Part shown: one piece after another, positions 11,034-24,500 of the stretch
How the letters are laid out: each line of letters begins with the position of its first letter
How positions within the stretch are numbered: position 1 is the first letter of the stretch
Origin: Bugula neritina
Taxonomy: Eukaryota; Animalia; Bryozoa
NCBI GenBank assembly: GCA_964035545.1
Contig: OZ037772.1
Coordinates: 10,228,818 to 10,292,817 of the forward strand
Length of the DNA: 64,000 nucleotides
Direction: 5' to 3'
Notes under the pieces: generated by a model
Seen by the model: only the letters and a program-made list of their open reading frames with translations
Told to the model about the DNA's origin: nothing
Databases searched by the model: none
Made by a program: the position numbers and the translations under genes

Positions 11034-14000
11034 TCACTTCAGCTGATAGAACTGAACTTGATCATTAAAAAAATACCAAACTGGAACTACTAGAGTAGAG
11101 CCAGTGACGTGGAGATCAGGTAGGAAACTTTCTTCCGTAGATATCATGGTTAGTAACTTGCCTGTAGAGATAAAAGACATAATGTCCTTTTTTAGGAATC
11201 AAAGACAATATAAAGAGAGTGCAGTTTATTTGTAGCCACTAAATAAAATATCTGAATAAACTCATTATCTAAAATAACAATGCAGGTATATTGTAAACTA
11301 TGTGTATTCTACACAGTAACTAACCTGTATGTAATGATAGTACACAGAGTGTGGTAAGTTCAGTACCATCAGCCACAAGTACAAACTCATCTCTATAGCA
11401 GGTCACTCCACAAGGTTCAGCCACATCCTTACACTGCCAGATGATGTCACCTGATGAGGTGTCTACTTTGTATACTAGAGATGAGTAATGCTGAGATATA
11501 ATAATTGAGTTGTTATCTGCAGCAGACAGATGTACAGGATTATCAGTAAGTAGAGGACAAGGTAAAATGTTTACTACCTCTCCATTCAGAGAGTAGAGTA
11601 CTAGAGTCTTATTCAGCCTGTCAGGAATAGCTATCTGATTGTTTATGATGGCAAGCTGATTCCTGCTCTCCAATTTCTTTGTATGTGTCCAGCTGGTAAT
11701 GGACCTCCCTTCAAGGTCATGAACTCTTACAGTTGAATCAGAAGACAGAGTATATATCCTATCATTATGTACTGAGATACTCTTCACAGTGCTACCTTTA
11801 ATAGAGATGAATGATCTAGTAACTTTGTTGTTCTCATCTATCCTGTCTACACCTCCAGCACACTCAGCATATGTGACACCTTTATAGGTGTGGACGGACT
11901 CGCAGTATGGAGAAACTTTAAGAGCTTTTATCAGTTTTACAGACTTGGGTGGTGGAGGTGAGAGAACTAGTCCTTGTTCAGGAGTTATACTTGCTGTCCT
12001 TTCATTGGTCAGCTCAATCTCTATATTTCTTTTCTCTCCTGTAATAAAATATTGACATGCATGACAAGGTAATATAATATAAAACAGCTGATAAATCAGA
12101 AAAACTAGCAGATATATAAACATACATGTATATTTTGGTGCATCACTACACAAACAGCAGTGCTATAGCAGCACTGCAATGACCATGCACTATTCATTTA
12201 AAAAAATAATATTACAATTTTGCTTTCCGTACCAGATTATTTTTATGGGAATCAACTATTAAAAAAATTTAAAAAATCAGCAGCTGCCTTCATGTCAACA
12301 AAATATTAAAATCAATTCTAATGATATTCTATTTAGTGATATACTACTATATTAAATTAGGTTATGTTCATCAAAAACTTGTATTAGTATTCTCCAAGAG
12401 TAAGCACAGCTATTGCACAAGTGTGTAAATCTACAATGTAGTTGAGAGAAGCTTACAGATTGGGGGAGATGTAGGCCACTCGCCCTTTCAGTGTAAATTA
12501 AACACTAAAGATCCCCACTACCATTATTTACCTTATAACTTAGTTTAATAGGATATTGTAGGGGTGTAGTGTGGCAATAATACAAACCCAGTTTTTGAAA
12601 ATAATAGTGCCTTCACCATGTTAATTTAAAACATGATTTATAATGTGTTTTTATAACACAGATCAATAGAGTGAAATACAAGATCATGAAAATGTAACAG
12701 TTTAAAACATAGCTATACCTTACATACATATATACCTCAAATTCAACAAGTCAAAATATAATTACTTGATTGTGCTACTTGAATACAGCTAGATAAAAAG
12801 TGTCATAAAGGTGAACAACATTCATAGTTCTATAGAACTATGAATGTTGAATGCAAAATAACTTAAAACAACTTATTGAATATATTCAACATGTTGTTTT
12901 AAGTTATTTTACATGGATAACATATAAAACTGACCTTTGACCTCCACAGATGTTACAAGATCAAAATGTGCCAACTTAGGAATCTCTTCTGTCAACAGTC
13001 TATCAATCTCCTTCTTCATATCACGATATGACTTGATTGTGTCAACCTAACAGTATCATATATAATCCAGATATTGTGACACTGTGTAGCAGGTGTTTGG
13101 AAGGTATATAGTTATAGTTATAGAGAATGGCAGTGCTGAGAATGAACAATGAAATCAACAACAATTCTATATTTGACACCAACAAAACCATCTAAAAAGC
13201 AGCATTGCAATGCAAAAGACTGATGGATCGAGATTGCAATGCAGTATAAGGGAAACAGACTACTACCAACTATAAATGGGTAAGGTTTATTCTAATAAAC
13301 TGTACCTTAAGGGAGCACAGATTTCAAAGCTGACGCTAATGTGCAGTGGGCTATGCTATTAAATACAGTATCCTAATATAGCATATTATACAGCATCTTC
13401 TAGTATTATACAGTATCATATAGTATTATACTGCAGTATCCTATAACACTATACAGTATTTTATAGTATTATACAGTATCATATAGTGTTATGTAGTGTC
13501 CTATGGTACTATACAGTATACTATGATATTAAAAGTATTATGGTATTATTGTATTATACAATATCCTACGGTATTATAATACAGTGTCATATAGTGTTAG
13601 TATACTGGGTACCTTGCAGACCGACAGCAAATAAAATGGAATACTCTGGTGACTGGAGGCCACTCTGGTAAACTTAACTTGAGCTGAGCCACAATGACAG
13701 CATTTTTCAAATTACTTCATTCCAAATTCTTATAAATCATTACACAATGAAGTCCCATTAACTACTACAGGCTGCATGTTTTAGCATGTACACAAAGATA
13801 CATGTATTTAAAAAGCATTTTTTCCTTTCTAATTTATATATCTGATAGAGCAACATAATTTTATGTTTATGCCTTTGAGGGTGGCATAAATGTTGGACAG
13901 TCCTGTGTAATACAGCATGATATGTTATAGTACAGTTCCATTACTGCCTCTATTGGTTATTACCTAATTCATTTTCTACTTATGTACTCTTTAGATGTTA

Positions 14001-16107
14001 TTTACAGATAGAGAAACAATGAATATAGAATTTATATAAAGACATTGAAATATATATAAACTGCTACAGATCCTAACATCTACTATATATGCTCTGCAAC
14101 TAACCTCATGACTTTGGTCTAACTTAGCCTCTATTCCTGTTCTGTGATTATACAGCTCACAATATCTAGCCCCCACTTCCTCTACCATGAAATTCACGGC
14201 TCGACTCTCAGTCTTTTCTCTCTTCTCCACCAGTTCTTTTTCCAGTTTGTCATACTTCTGTTGAATAGCTGCTATCTAAATACAGTCACATTGAATGTTA
14301 GACAGGATAGAATAGTTTGAGGAGTGTCTGAGTGTATAACCATCTCACATCTATCACTACAGTATCTCCCTCTCAGATAAGTATGAAGAGAATTATAAAT
14401 AAACTCTCACAGTTACTATATGATCTTTATAATTATGAAATTTAAAAACCATGTAATAATCACCTGATCATCACGCTGTTTACATAGCATCCCCAGTAGC
14501 TTCTTGGTTTCAGTTCGAAACCCATCAATAATTGCAGCTATCTGTTTGTAATAACCAGATAAGTTGTCTTCTCTTGTCTTCAACTTTGTGACTTCCACCA
14601 GCTGCATTGTTAAATCTTTCAATGTCAAGAGTGTATGCTGTGATGTACCTAAAATAATATATACAAAGTAACGTATAAGCTGTTGTGTACCTGAATCATG
14701 TAATATATATAGCAAGTAAACAGAAGAATAGACACTTACCATCATCACATACACCAGCTGTAGGTACACACTGAGTACAGAGTAGTTTGAGACAGACTTT
14801 ACAACCCAAAGTATACTCTACGTCTCCATGCGTCTCACACATTCTCTTCTCTAATTTAGCAGCACGAGCTTTATACTCTGCCATATTAATTCTAGAATGT
14901 TCTTCAGACACAATATCATGATCCTATAATAAATATATACGAAAGAGTTTGTGGCTTACTAACGATAGTATATCTAAGATTGCATATATATATATTATAA
15001 TGGTCCTAATGTCATGATCATATAATGCCTAAAGTATATATGCAATAGTATATGGTTTAATAATATTTAAAGCTATATTGTACAATCTATTACAATAAAA
15101 GCATGAATGTAAGAAATCAATCTTGAGAGTTATGTCTCTTGATCATAACTTTTATTTAATGTATAATAAACTACAGCATGCTGATCGATAATTAATGTTA
15201 GGAGGTAAAGACACAAAACCAATTCATGTGAGCAAATGAGTGAAAACAAGTGAAAATAAATGATTGTTCTCGATTGATGAACCAAATCAAATATTGTAAA
15301 TAATTTGTTGCAAAGCCATTAAATTATTTCTCTGCAGAATATCACCAAAATGGCAAAGCTTTCAGTTTCAGAATATCACATATAAGGATATACACACAGA
15401 AAACAAGAAAAATAGTGTTAACTTACAATGACATGTTTAGCACAGTACAGTTTAGAACAAACTAAACAATACATCAGAGCAGGTGTATTATTCACTCCTG
15501 ACTTTGTACAGACTTCACAGAGTATAGACTTATCTATCTGTTTCATCTGGTCTGCTGTTGGTAACTTATCAGGTGTTGTATGGAATACTTGTCTATAAAA
15601 TAAATGATGAATTTATTAGTGATAGATCATTAACTATAGGCTATATAATATATAAAGTATAATAATTATATATAAAAGTTTACAGTGTAACACTATCTGT
15701 TATATAACCTGGCATAGCAATACAGGTATACTACATATAGCATAAACACATATAGTAAATACCATCATATTATTCATATTATAATAAACATTATTATAAA
15801 ATGCCTACATAATATTATGTAACATATTATATTATACATTATTATATTATTCACCTACCTACCTACGATATTTATATTACTATAAACATTAATTATGAAA
15901 TATATAATATTATGTAACATATTATTATGTTATTATATTATTCACCTACCTACACATTCCACATTTAAGAGCATTCAGCCTTCCATAGAATTCATTCAAA
16001 CACTTGTCACAGTGTGGGTGAGTACAAGGTAATGCCTTACATTCCTCTAACTTGAGTTTAGATAAACAAATAGTACATCTCACCATTGGTTGTGGTTTAG
16101 ATGCCAT
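11034..16107 (-). CDS. TRIM copy A: RING-Bbox1-Bbox2-coiled coil-NHL-like beta-propeller E3 ligase, 605 aa
   Basis: Exons 16107-15950, 15592-15427, 14923-14740, 14648-14464, 14275-14105, 13046-12935, 12038-11325, 11161-11034; GT-AG introns; total 1818 nt in frame. C3HC4 RING CTIC...CTHPHCDKC...CGMC; B-boxes CEVC..CLVC..CAKH and CETH..CKVC..CTQC; repeating beta-blade pattern (e.g. PCGVTCYRDEFVLVAD). Confidence 0.9.
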
Positions 16108-16798
16108 TTTGTTCTACAAATGTTAAAAAAAGTTGACACACTCATATATATATTCATATTGGCATACTCATCATAATAATAATCACAGTGATGAAGTTGA
16201 AAATAAACAAGTTTCTGCTATGGTTTAACTTATAGAACATAAAATATCATAACAAGTATAGTTCATGTTCCCAACCAACATGTTGGTTGCATGGTGAGGT
16301 ATTATTTGATCTTTTTAGCTTTTTAACTTTTCAGACTCACTCCAAGTTTAGACTTTTTACAAAGCTCACTACTGCATAAATCTTTTTCTTGCAGTTTTCA
16401 CTTTGATGTATAGTTCTTTTTATAATTAGTGTTTTAAATGCATATTCAACCATAACTGACAATCCGTTCTTGCTCGCAAACCTAACTATAAAAGTTATGC
16501 TCTAGCAGTGCATTAAAACACAAACTGTAACCCACACCTCTATTATAGTAGCTATAGCAAAACAACAGTGGTGCTAGCTTTTTAGTAGTGACTGATAATC
16601 TTCACAAGTCAAATTCACAAGATATTAACTGTGGAACTTTGGCAAGTATAAAGAATAACAATACCATGCAGTTGCTTCAACTAGAAATGTAAAACTTACC
16701 AGCACAATTAGCATTCACTTAGTAACTCTAGTTAGTCGATTAAATTTGAGTTGAGTGAGTATAAATGACTGTTCAATTTGAAGGTAAATGTTCCCTAC

Positions 16799-16890
16799 AA
16801 GTTTCCTCTATGAACTCAGAAGTGAAACTGATGGTTCAAGTGGAAACTGCTCTTCAGTGAAACCTTGAAATAGTTAATGAGGGAATTTTA
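16799..16890. promoter_or_regulatory. Putative promoter of TRIM A with clustered IRF-like and kappaB-like motifs
   Basis: AAGTGAAACT 16820-16829, AAGTGGAAACT 16838-16848, AGTGAAACC 16856-16864, GGGAATTT 16881-16888; 100-190 bp upstream of a G|GTAAGT donor at 16700 (putative non-coding exon 1). Confidence 0.45.
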
Positions 16891-18320
16891 TTATTCCCCT
16901 TCTTAGCCTTATCTGCTTTAAAGCTATGTCTAGTGTTTACCAAGTGTGATAAAGGATCACCAGGTATTTATGATAGCTGCAAAATGCACTTAAGTTGGTG
17001 ATAACATTGCCATGCAAAGGGTTAGTGTGTTGAGATTGTTTTTAAAGCTGAGTAAACATACGAGGGTTCAGTTGTTGTTTGTCAGCATTAATGAAGCCAT
17101 TATATGCCTACTTCATTGTAACAAAAAGCTTATTCAAAATATAATGTTTGTAAAATTATATAAAGCATAATTATAACAGAGATTACTAATAATTCTTGAC
17201 ATTTTTCATCTTGATGTTAAAAACTATATACTGTAAGTTAAGCATTTAAGCGTTTTCAACAATAACTGTGATTGCCGACAGTTGAATTTGCAACACAACG
17301 TTTTGTAACAGTATTCTGAAATATCATGAGTTAGCAACTATTCAAAAAATTGATTCAACGAGATGCTTGATGTTTGGTCACCATGGTGCTTGTGTACTTT
17401 ATTGTATTAACTATTCGATTTCACACATGAAGCTTGAAAGTAACACACAGAAATATTTAGAAATGCATAATTAATGCCAGAACGTAAATCCTAAAAGGCG
17501 CAAGTGTGAATTTGGAAAGTAATGGTAACCAGGCACAGTGGTCATACGGGTACAAAAAGTCAATAGAAATGCAAGAGAAATTAGTTTATTTTAGTTTATA
17601 GTTTCTTTTAACATATATTGTCGTCATTGCTTGTATCTGCCTTAATTAACTAGTATATTATAATAGCAAGTTCGAAAGCAATTTTCATTCAGCTACCGTA
17701 TACATTTGTTTTTCAAGTTGGCCATGTGCATGGGGCACAACGGGCCACCTGTCCATATTCTACTCACATCATTCTTATCATTTGGCTTGCCAAAAATTTT
17801 AATTTGAGGGAATTTTATTTCTCCCTTATTTAGCCTTATCTGCTTTAAAGCCCTGCGTAATGTTTACCAAGTGTGATAAGAGTCATATGGCATTTATGAC
17901 TGTTATAAAATGCATGCAACTTGGTGATAAACCTGTGAATTGCGAAGGTCACATACTTTGTGCGTTGGGCTTCGGCAGCTGGGCGGCCCCCTGGACCCCC
18001 AGCCTGAGAGTATGGCCTAGAATATTTTTGCCGCTACATCCCCGGTCTCAAGTATTCATATCTTTAAATGAGTATGTATATTTCAACAGTTTATGACACA
18101 TTGTTAATTTTGAGTAGAGAATAATTTAATGTTTTTAATACATAAACAATTATGAGGCTGCACGTCAAATATTGCTGCAGCTCTGTCAAACAATGATTAT
18201 AGAAAATGCAAATAACTACTGGTATAAGTATGTGATTGAATATAGGGCTGGGGGGAACCTGAGTTCACTTGACATAAAAAATTAATTTATGTGAAATGAA
18301 GGTAATCTGATAATAATTTT

Positions 18321-18390
18321 CCGAAACTGGGATTCGAATCTGAAACTTGCGGCCTGCAAGTAAGTGTGCTAACTATTACACCACGGAGAC
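18321..18390 (-). mobile_element. tRNA-derived SINE head or tRNA pseudogene
   Basis: Minus strand A-box TGGTGTAATAGTTAG and B-box-like GATTCGAATCC; no convincing cloverleaf. Confidence 0.6.
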
Positions 18391-19030
18391 CATTAGGCTA
18401 CTGTTAACTGACATCAATATATATAAAAATTATGTGTAATTAAACTATGTTAACTTAACGACATTATGTATAATTACTAAAACATGCAGTAAAATAAATC
18501 TTTCAGATTAAAATGCTTCGTAATACGATGATGTTATGTAAATTAGACTGTCCTAAGTCTACTTATAATATAACCATATTTTATAGGAAGAAGGCAACTC
18601 CTTTAGTATGCTCCATATATGGAATGTCTTACAAATAGTATAACATTGTATATTATTTAGTATATTAGTATGACACATTAGTATACCATATTATGTATAA
18701 TGTCAACAGCTGCTTTATAATTTGACTATCAGTTGATAAATAAACAAGTGGAGATAACTGGTAATATGTACACTACTGGTTTACTACCATTGATTACATA
18801 CAAATCAGTGAAATAGAATACAGTTTAGAATGTGACACAATAATACAATAGGCTATAGATCACAAATATAACACAGTACAATAAAATACAATGCAATATA
18901 ACATAATATATAACATAAGGCAATACAATATAACACTATATGCAAAGTGATACTACAAATACATAAAAGGGGAAATATTGCAACAAAAATTACTGACCCT
19001 TTTTAGATTATCCAGTCTATTAGTTCACTT

Positions 19031-19153
19031 TCACTTCAGCTGATAGAATTTAACTTGTCCATTATATACAAGAGCTTACTGGAACTACTAGAGTAGAGCC
19101 AATCTAGATGAGGTATGTTGTTTTTTTCAGGAAATGTCCCAATTAGTAACTTT
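19031..19153 (-). pseudogene. Orphan, frameshifted copy of the TRIM terminal exon
   Basis: Matches the last exon (AAGTTACTAA...GGCTCTACTCTAGTAGTTCCAGT...TATCAGCTGAAGTGA) with an internal small deletion. Confidence 0.8.
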
Positions 19154-21595
19154 CTCAAAATTATGAACACATTTATTGTAGAAATCAAGGAAATAAAAAT
19201 TGTAAGTATGAGCAACTCTAAACCCTCAGCTGAAAGCTACAAAGCCAAATCTTAATAATTGAACTTTAAAAACAACTCATTACCTATAATTGCAGGAAAC
19301 TGGAATATTCAATTAGGGCGGAGTTATTAATTAACTCACTTTTTGTGTGTCCAATCGAAATAGTGGATCTCTTTTATAGGTGTATTATTAGCATTCATAG
19401 ATCTTATTGTACATACAGTAGAACCCAATTATTTGCCAACTATTGAATGATGTTGATTTTTTTCCACCAATACAAGATAATATGACTCACTAGTAAAGCT
19501 CCCCCAAGGATATTTATTATTTCTACTGTATAGGTTAATATTACTATAACATGTGACCATGCAGCTCCATAAAGTGTTGCTTGTATATGTTGAGTAAAAG
19601 TACATAAATATTGTAGATGATGTAACATACAGTGTTGACTATTAAAGACAAAACATGGTTCCTAATAAATTTCTGTAACTACTCAGACTAGAGATGTTCC
19701 TATCTCACATCTTAAACAGCTCTGCTTGCAATACAAAAAGGTAACTCTTCACAGGATACAACTTCAATTGCTAGTAACTATAAAATTGTGCTTTGTACAA
19801 TGTTTACTAGTAGAGATGGAATTGGTTACTTAAGAGGTACACAAAAAGTTATATTGAATCCTTAAATTTCATATATCATATGATCTGCAGAACTTGATAT
19901 ATAGCATGTCAGTTTGATTGTTGTTGCTGCATGGAATTTAGTTTGATTTTGTAAAAATGTTTAAAGAGTTTTGGTGAACGGAATGTGATGGTTGACAAAA
20001 CTTTATCTGGAACTTATTTCTTGTGTGCAGCAGACACTGTTTTGGCTTGATCTCTGCTTTTATTACATAACATTTGAATTATAAATAATGATCCCTTACT
20101 GAAAAAGAATGTCTCTGTATGCCAATACTTAGTAGATAGAAGTCGTTTTGCTTTTTCACCAAATGAAGGGTAGTTCAAGTTTGTAGAAATATCAGCTGCC
20201 ATATCTTTTGTAGCGAGAGCTTTTTAGTGAATGCTTTAATTCCAGCTTATAATATCACTTAATAGTACACTGCATAATAAGATGGAAAAAGTAAGGCTTT
20301 GAGTTAAGCTGCACTCAAATTATTAGTGGCTATAATCTCTAGAAAAAAGCTTTTCACTTGTATTAAGATCCTTTCCACATCGTTTGAGAAAGAAGAACTT
20401 TTGCAGAGTAATAAAACAGTTTATACTAAATGAAAATGGATTGTTTATAAACTACTGACTAATTCCTATTCGTAACATGTCCAATAGCTGTGTGATATTT
20501 TCTAAAAGGTGATAACAAAAAAAATTACAGAGTATAAAATTTTGGATTTCTCTTTATTAGACAAAGAATCAATTGCCAGATAAAAAGCAACATTATCTTT
20601 ATCAAAGAAACTGCTTATTGTAAGGGAATAATGTGCTATTTCTTGTTACTAATAATAATTTCATATACCATAGCTGAAAACAGTTTCAAATCATACCATA
20701 TCTGAATGCAACACAGCAATCTGTCCATATTAATAGCAAAATCTTATTCATTAGTAATTTCTAAGACAGCAAACATAGACACAATTAATTTGGCTGGATA
20801 ATTGCAAATAACAAAAGTTTATATAAGTCAGGATAAAAAATAATAGGAAATTTAAAGAAAATTTTGCAAATTTAAAGTACATAATATATATGTAGCCATC
20901 ACCAATGAAAACTTTTATAGCCTATAAATTTTACAGATTAATTATAGAAATAGATTGCATATGTATATAATTGATATAAAGTACAATAGACTGGATATTC
21001 CGCTACATAATACACCAGTACAAGAAATTGAGTGATAATAATGAATTAAAAATAGTGCTTGTAAAATTTAGTGGATATAGCCTGTCTAGTAGTCCACTGT
21101 AAAGTAGGAAGTTAAACATGCAGACGTCTATAGTGAAGTAAACTGACTTAGTTGACTTATTAAAGCAGTGATGTACTGGGAAGGTAACTCTGAATGTATG
21201 ACTCAACATTTCGTGTTCTACAAAGCATAACAGGGATGTCCAGTATATACAATATCTGCCATGTTATAATAATACAATACTATGAGACATTAGTATATAC
21301 ACAGTATTGTTAACAGTTGTTTTATAATTTAACTATTGATTGAAAACTAATCAGGGGATATAACTGGTAATAATGTGCCCACTACTGGTTTACTAACATT
21401 TATGTAATCTGATACAATATGCATAATTTTTATATGCAATAAAATGCAATACAGCACAAGAAAATAATACAACAAAATGCCGTGCAAAGCCAACAAATGC
21501 AAAGAAAGATTACAAACATGACTTGGAAAGGCATTCTGAACCCCTCAAAAATTTTACTCACCCTCATTTGAGGATCCCAGTGTATTAGTTCACTT

Positions 21596-24500
21596 TCACT
21601 TTAGCTGATAGAACTTAACTTGTCCATTAAAAGAGTTTACTGGAACTACTAGAATAGAGCCAGTGACGTGGAGATCAGGTATGTGAATGTATTCAACTGT
21701 AGATATCCTGGTTAGTAACTTGCCTGTTGAGATAAAAGACATAATTTTCTTTCTTAAGACTCAAAGATAATATAAAGAGAGTGCAGTTTATTTGTAGCAA
21801 ATAACTATAAATATGAATGAACTCATTTCATCAAATTATAACACATATATTTCATACACTATATGTAATCTACACAGTAACTAACCCGTATGTAATGATA
21901 GTACACAGAGTGTGGTAGGTTCAGTATAATCAGCCACAACTACAAACTCATCTCTATAGCAGGTCACTCCATGAGGTTTAGCCACATCCTTACACTGCCA
22001 GATGATGTCACCTGATGAGGTGTCTACTTTGTATACTAGAGATGAGTGACGCTGAGATATAATAATTGAGTTGTTATCTGCAGCAGACAGATGTACAAGA
22101 GCATCAGTAACTAGAGGACAGGGTAAAGTGTTTACTATCTCCCCATTCAGAGAGTAGAATACTAGAGTTTTATTCAGCCTGTCAGGAATAGTTATTTGGT
22201 TGTTTACGATGGCAAGCTGATTTATCCACTTTGAGTCATTTGCATGAGTCCAACTGGTGATAGTCTTGCCTTCAAGGTCATGTACTCTTACAGTTGAATC
22301 AGAAGACAGAGTATATATCCTATCATTATGTACTGAGATACTCTTCACATGACCACCTTTAAGAGAAATGAATGATTTAGTTACTTTGTTGTTCTCATCT
22401 ATCCTGTCTACACCTCCCTTACACCCAGCATATGTGACACCTTTATAGGTGTGAACAGACCTGCAGTATGGAGAAACTTCAACAGAGTTTATCAGTTCTA
22501 CAGATTTGGGTGGTGGAGGTGAAACAGCCAGTCCTTGTTCAGGAGTTATACTTGCTGTCCTTTCATTGGTCAGCTCAATCTCTATATTTCTTTTCTCTTC
22601 TGTAATAAAATATTGACATGCATGACAAGGTAATATAATATAAAACAGCTGATACATCAGAAAAACTAGCAGATAAGTAAGCAAATTCATGTATATATTT
22701 TGTGCATCACTACACAAGCAGCAGTGCTATAGCAGCACTGCAATGACCATGCACTTTTCATTTTAAAAAATTAATAATATAATTTTGGCTTTTTAGACCA
22801 AATTATTTTTATGGAAATCAACTATTGAAAAAAATTTACTGCAAGCAAAAAAAAAACAAACCAGCAGCTGCGTTCATGTCGACAAATTATTAAAATCAAT
22901 TCTAATGATATTCTATTTAGTGATGTACTACTATATTAAATTAGGTTATGTTCATCAAAAACTTGTATTAGTATTATCCAAGAGCACAGCTATTGCACAA
23001 GTGTGTAAATCTATAGAATAGTTGAGAGAAGTATACAGATTGGGGGAGATGTAGGCCACTCGCCCTCTCAGTGTAAATTAAACACTAAAGATTTCCACTA
23101 ACATCATTTATCTTAAAACATAGTTTAATAGTAGTTTTAGAAAATGTTAGTTCCTTCATCATGTTAAGTTAAAATATTAGATATAATATATTGTTATAAC
23201 ACAGGTCAATAGAGAGAAATGCCAGATGAGGAAAATGTAACAGTTAGCAACATATAGCTTACATACATAATACACCTTCAATCTAAAAGTCAAAATATAT
23301 ACTTCCGTGATGATTTTACTTATAAATACGGCGAGATACAAAATGTCATAAAAATGAAAAACTGTTATAGTTCTATTCAATATCTTTTAAATAATTTTGC
23401 ATGGATAACATATAAAACCAACCTTTGACCTCCACAGATGTTACAAGACCAAATCGTGTCAACTTAGGAATCTCTTCTGTCAACAGTCTATCAATCTCCT
23501 TCTTCATATCACGATATGACTTAATGATGTCAACCTAACAATATAATATATACATACAATGTGACACTGTGTAGCAGGTGTTTGGGCGTTGTCTGCTATT
23601 ATAGAGAATGCTAGTGTTGAGTATGGACAATGATATCAACAACAATGCTGTATTTGACACACACAAAACCATCTAAAAACAGCAGTGCAATGCAAAATAT
23701 TGAAGGATAGAGATTGCAATGCAGATTAGGGAAACAGACTATACTACCAACTATAAATGGGTAAGGTTTACGCCAATAAACTGTACCCTATAAGGAAGCA
23801 CAGATTTCAAAATTGACGCTAATGTGTGGTGGGCTATGCTATTAAATACAGTATCCTAATATAGCATTATACAGCATCTTCTATTATTATACAGTATCAT
23901 ATAGAGTATTATACTGCAGTATACTACGATAGTATACAGTATCCTACGGTATTATAATACAGTGTCATATAGTGTTAGTATACTGGGTACCTTGCAGACC
24001 GACAGCAAATAAAATGGAATACGCTGGTGGCTGGAGGCCACTCTGTAAAACTTAACTTGGGCTGAGCCACAATGACAGCATTTCTCAAATTACTTCATTC
24101 CAAATTCTTATAAATCATTACACAATGAAGTCCCATTAACTACTACAGGCTGCATGTTTTAGCATGTACACAAAGATACATGTATTTAAAAAGTATTTTT
24201 TCCTTTCTAATTTATATATCTGATAGAGCAACATAATTTTATGTTTATGCCTTTGAGGGTGGCATAAATGTTGGACAGTCCTGTGTAATACAGCATGATA
24301 TGTTATAGTACAGTTCCATTACTGCCTCTATTGGTTATTACCTAATTCATTTTCTACTTATGTACTCTTTAGATGTTATTTACAGATAGAGAAACAATGA
24401 ATATAGAATTTATATAAAGACATTGAAATATATATAAACTGCTACAGATCCTAACATCTACTATATATGCTCTGCAACTAACCTCATGACTTTGGTCTAA

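Noticed and set aside
12039-12153. Apparent signal peptide or TM at the start of the 267-278-aa propeller ORFs (secreted single-exon proteins)
   Set aside because: This is T-rich intron upstream of a clear AG acceptor, and splicing from the coiled-coil exons is in phase. The frame does stay open here in all five copies, so an internal start cannot be fully excluded without 5' RACE.
11034-16107. Assigning a symbol such as TRIM2, TRIM3 or TRIM71
   Set aside because: No filamin domain seen and the propeller is divergent; orthology cannot be established from this sequence.
18321-18390. Functional tRNA genes here and at 63667-63977
   Set aside because: A/B boxes present but stems mismatched; treated as SINE heads.
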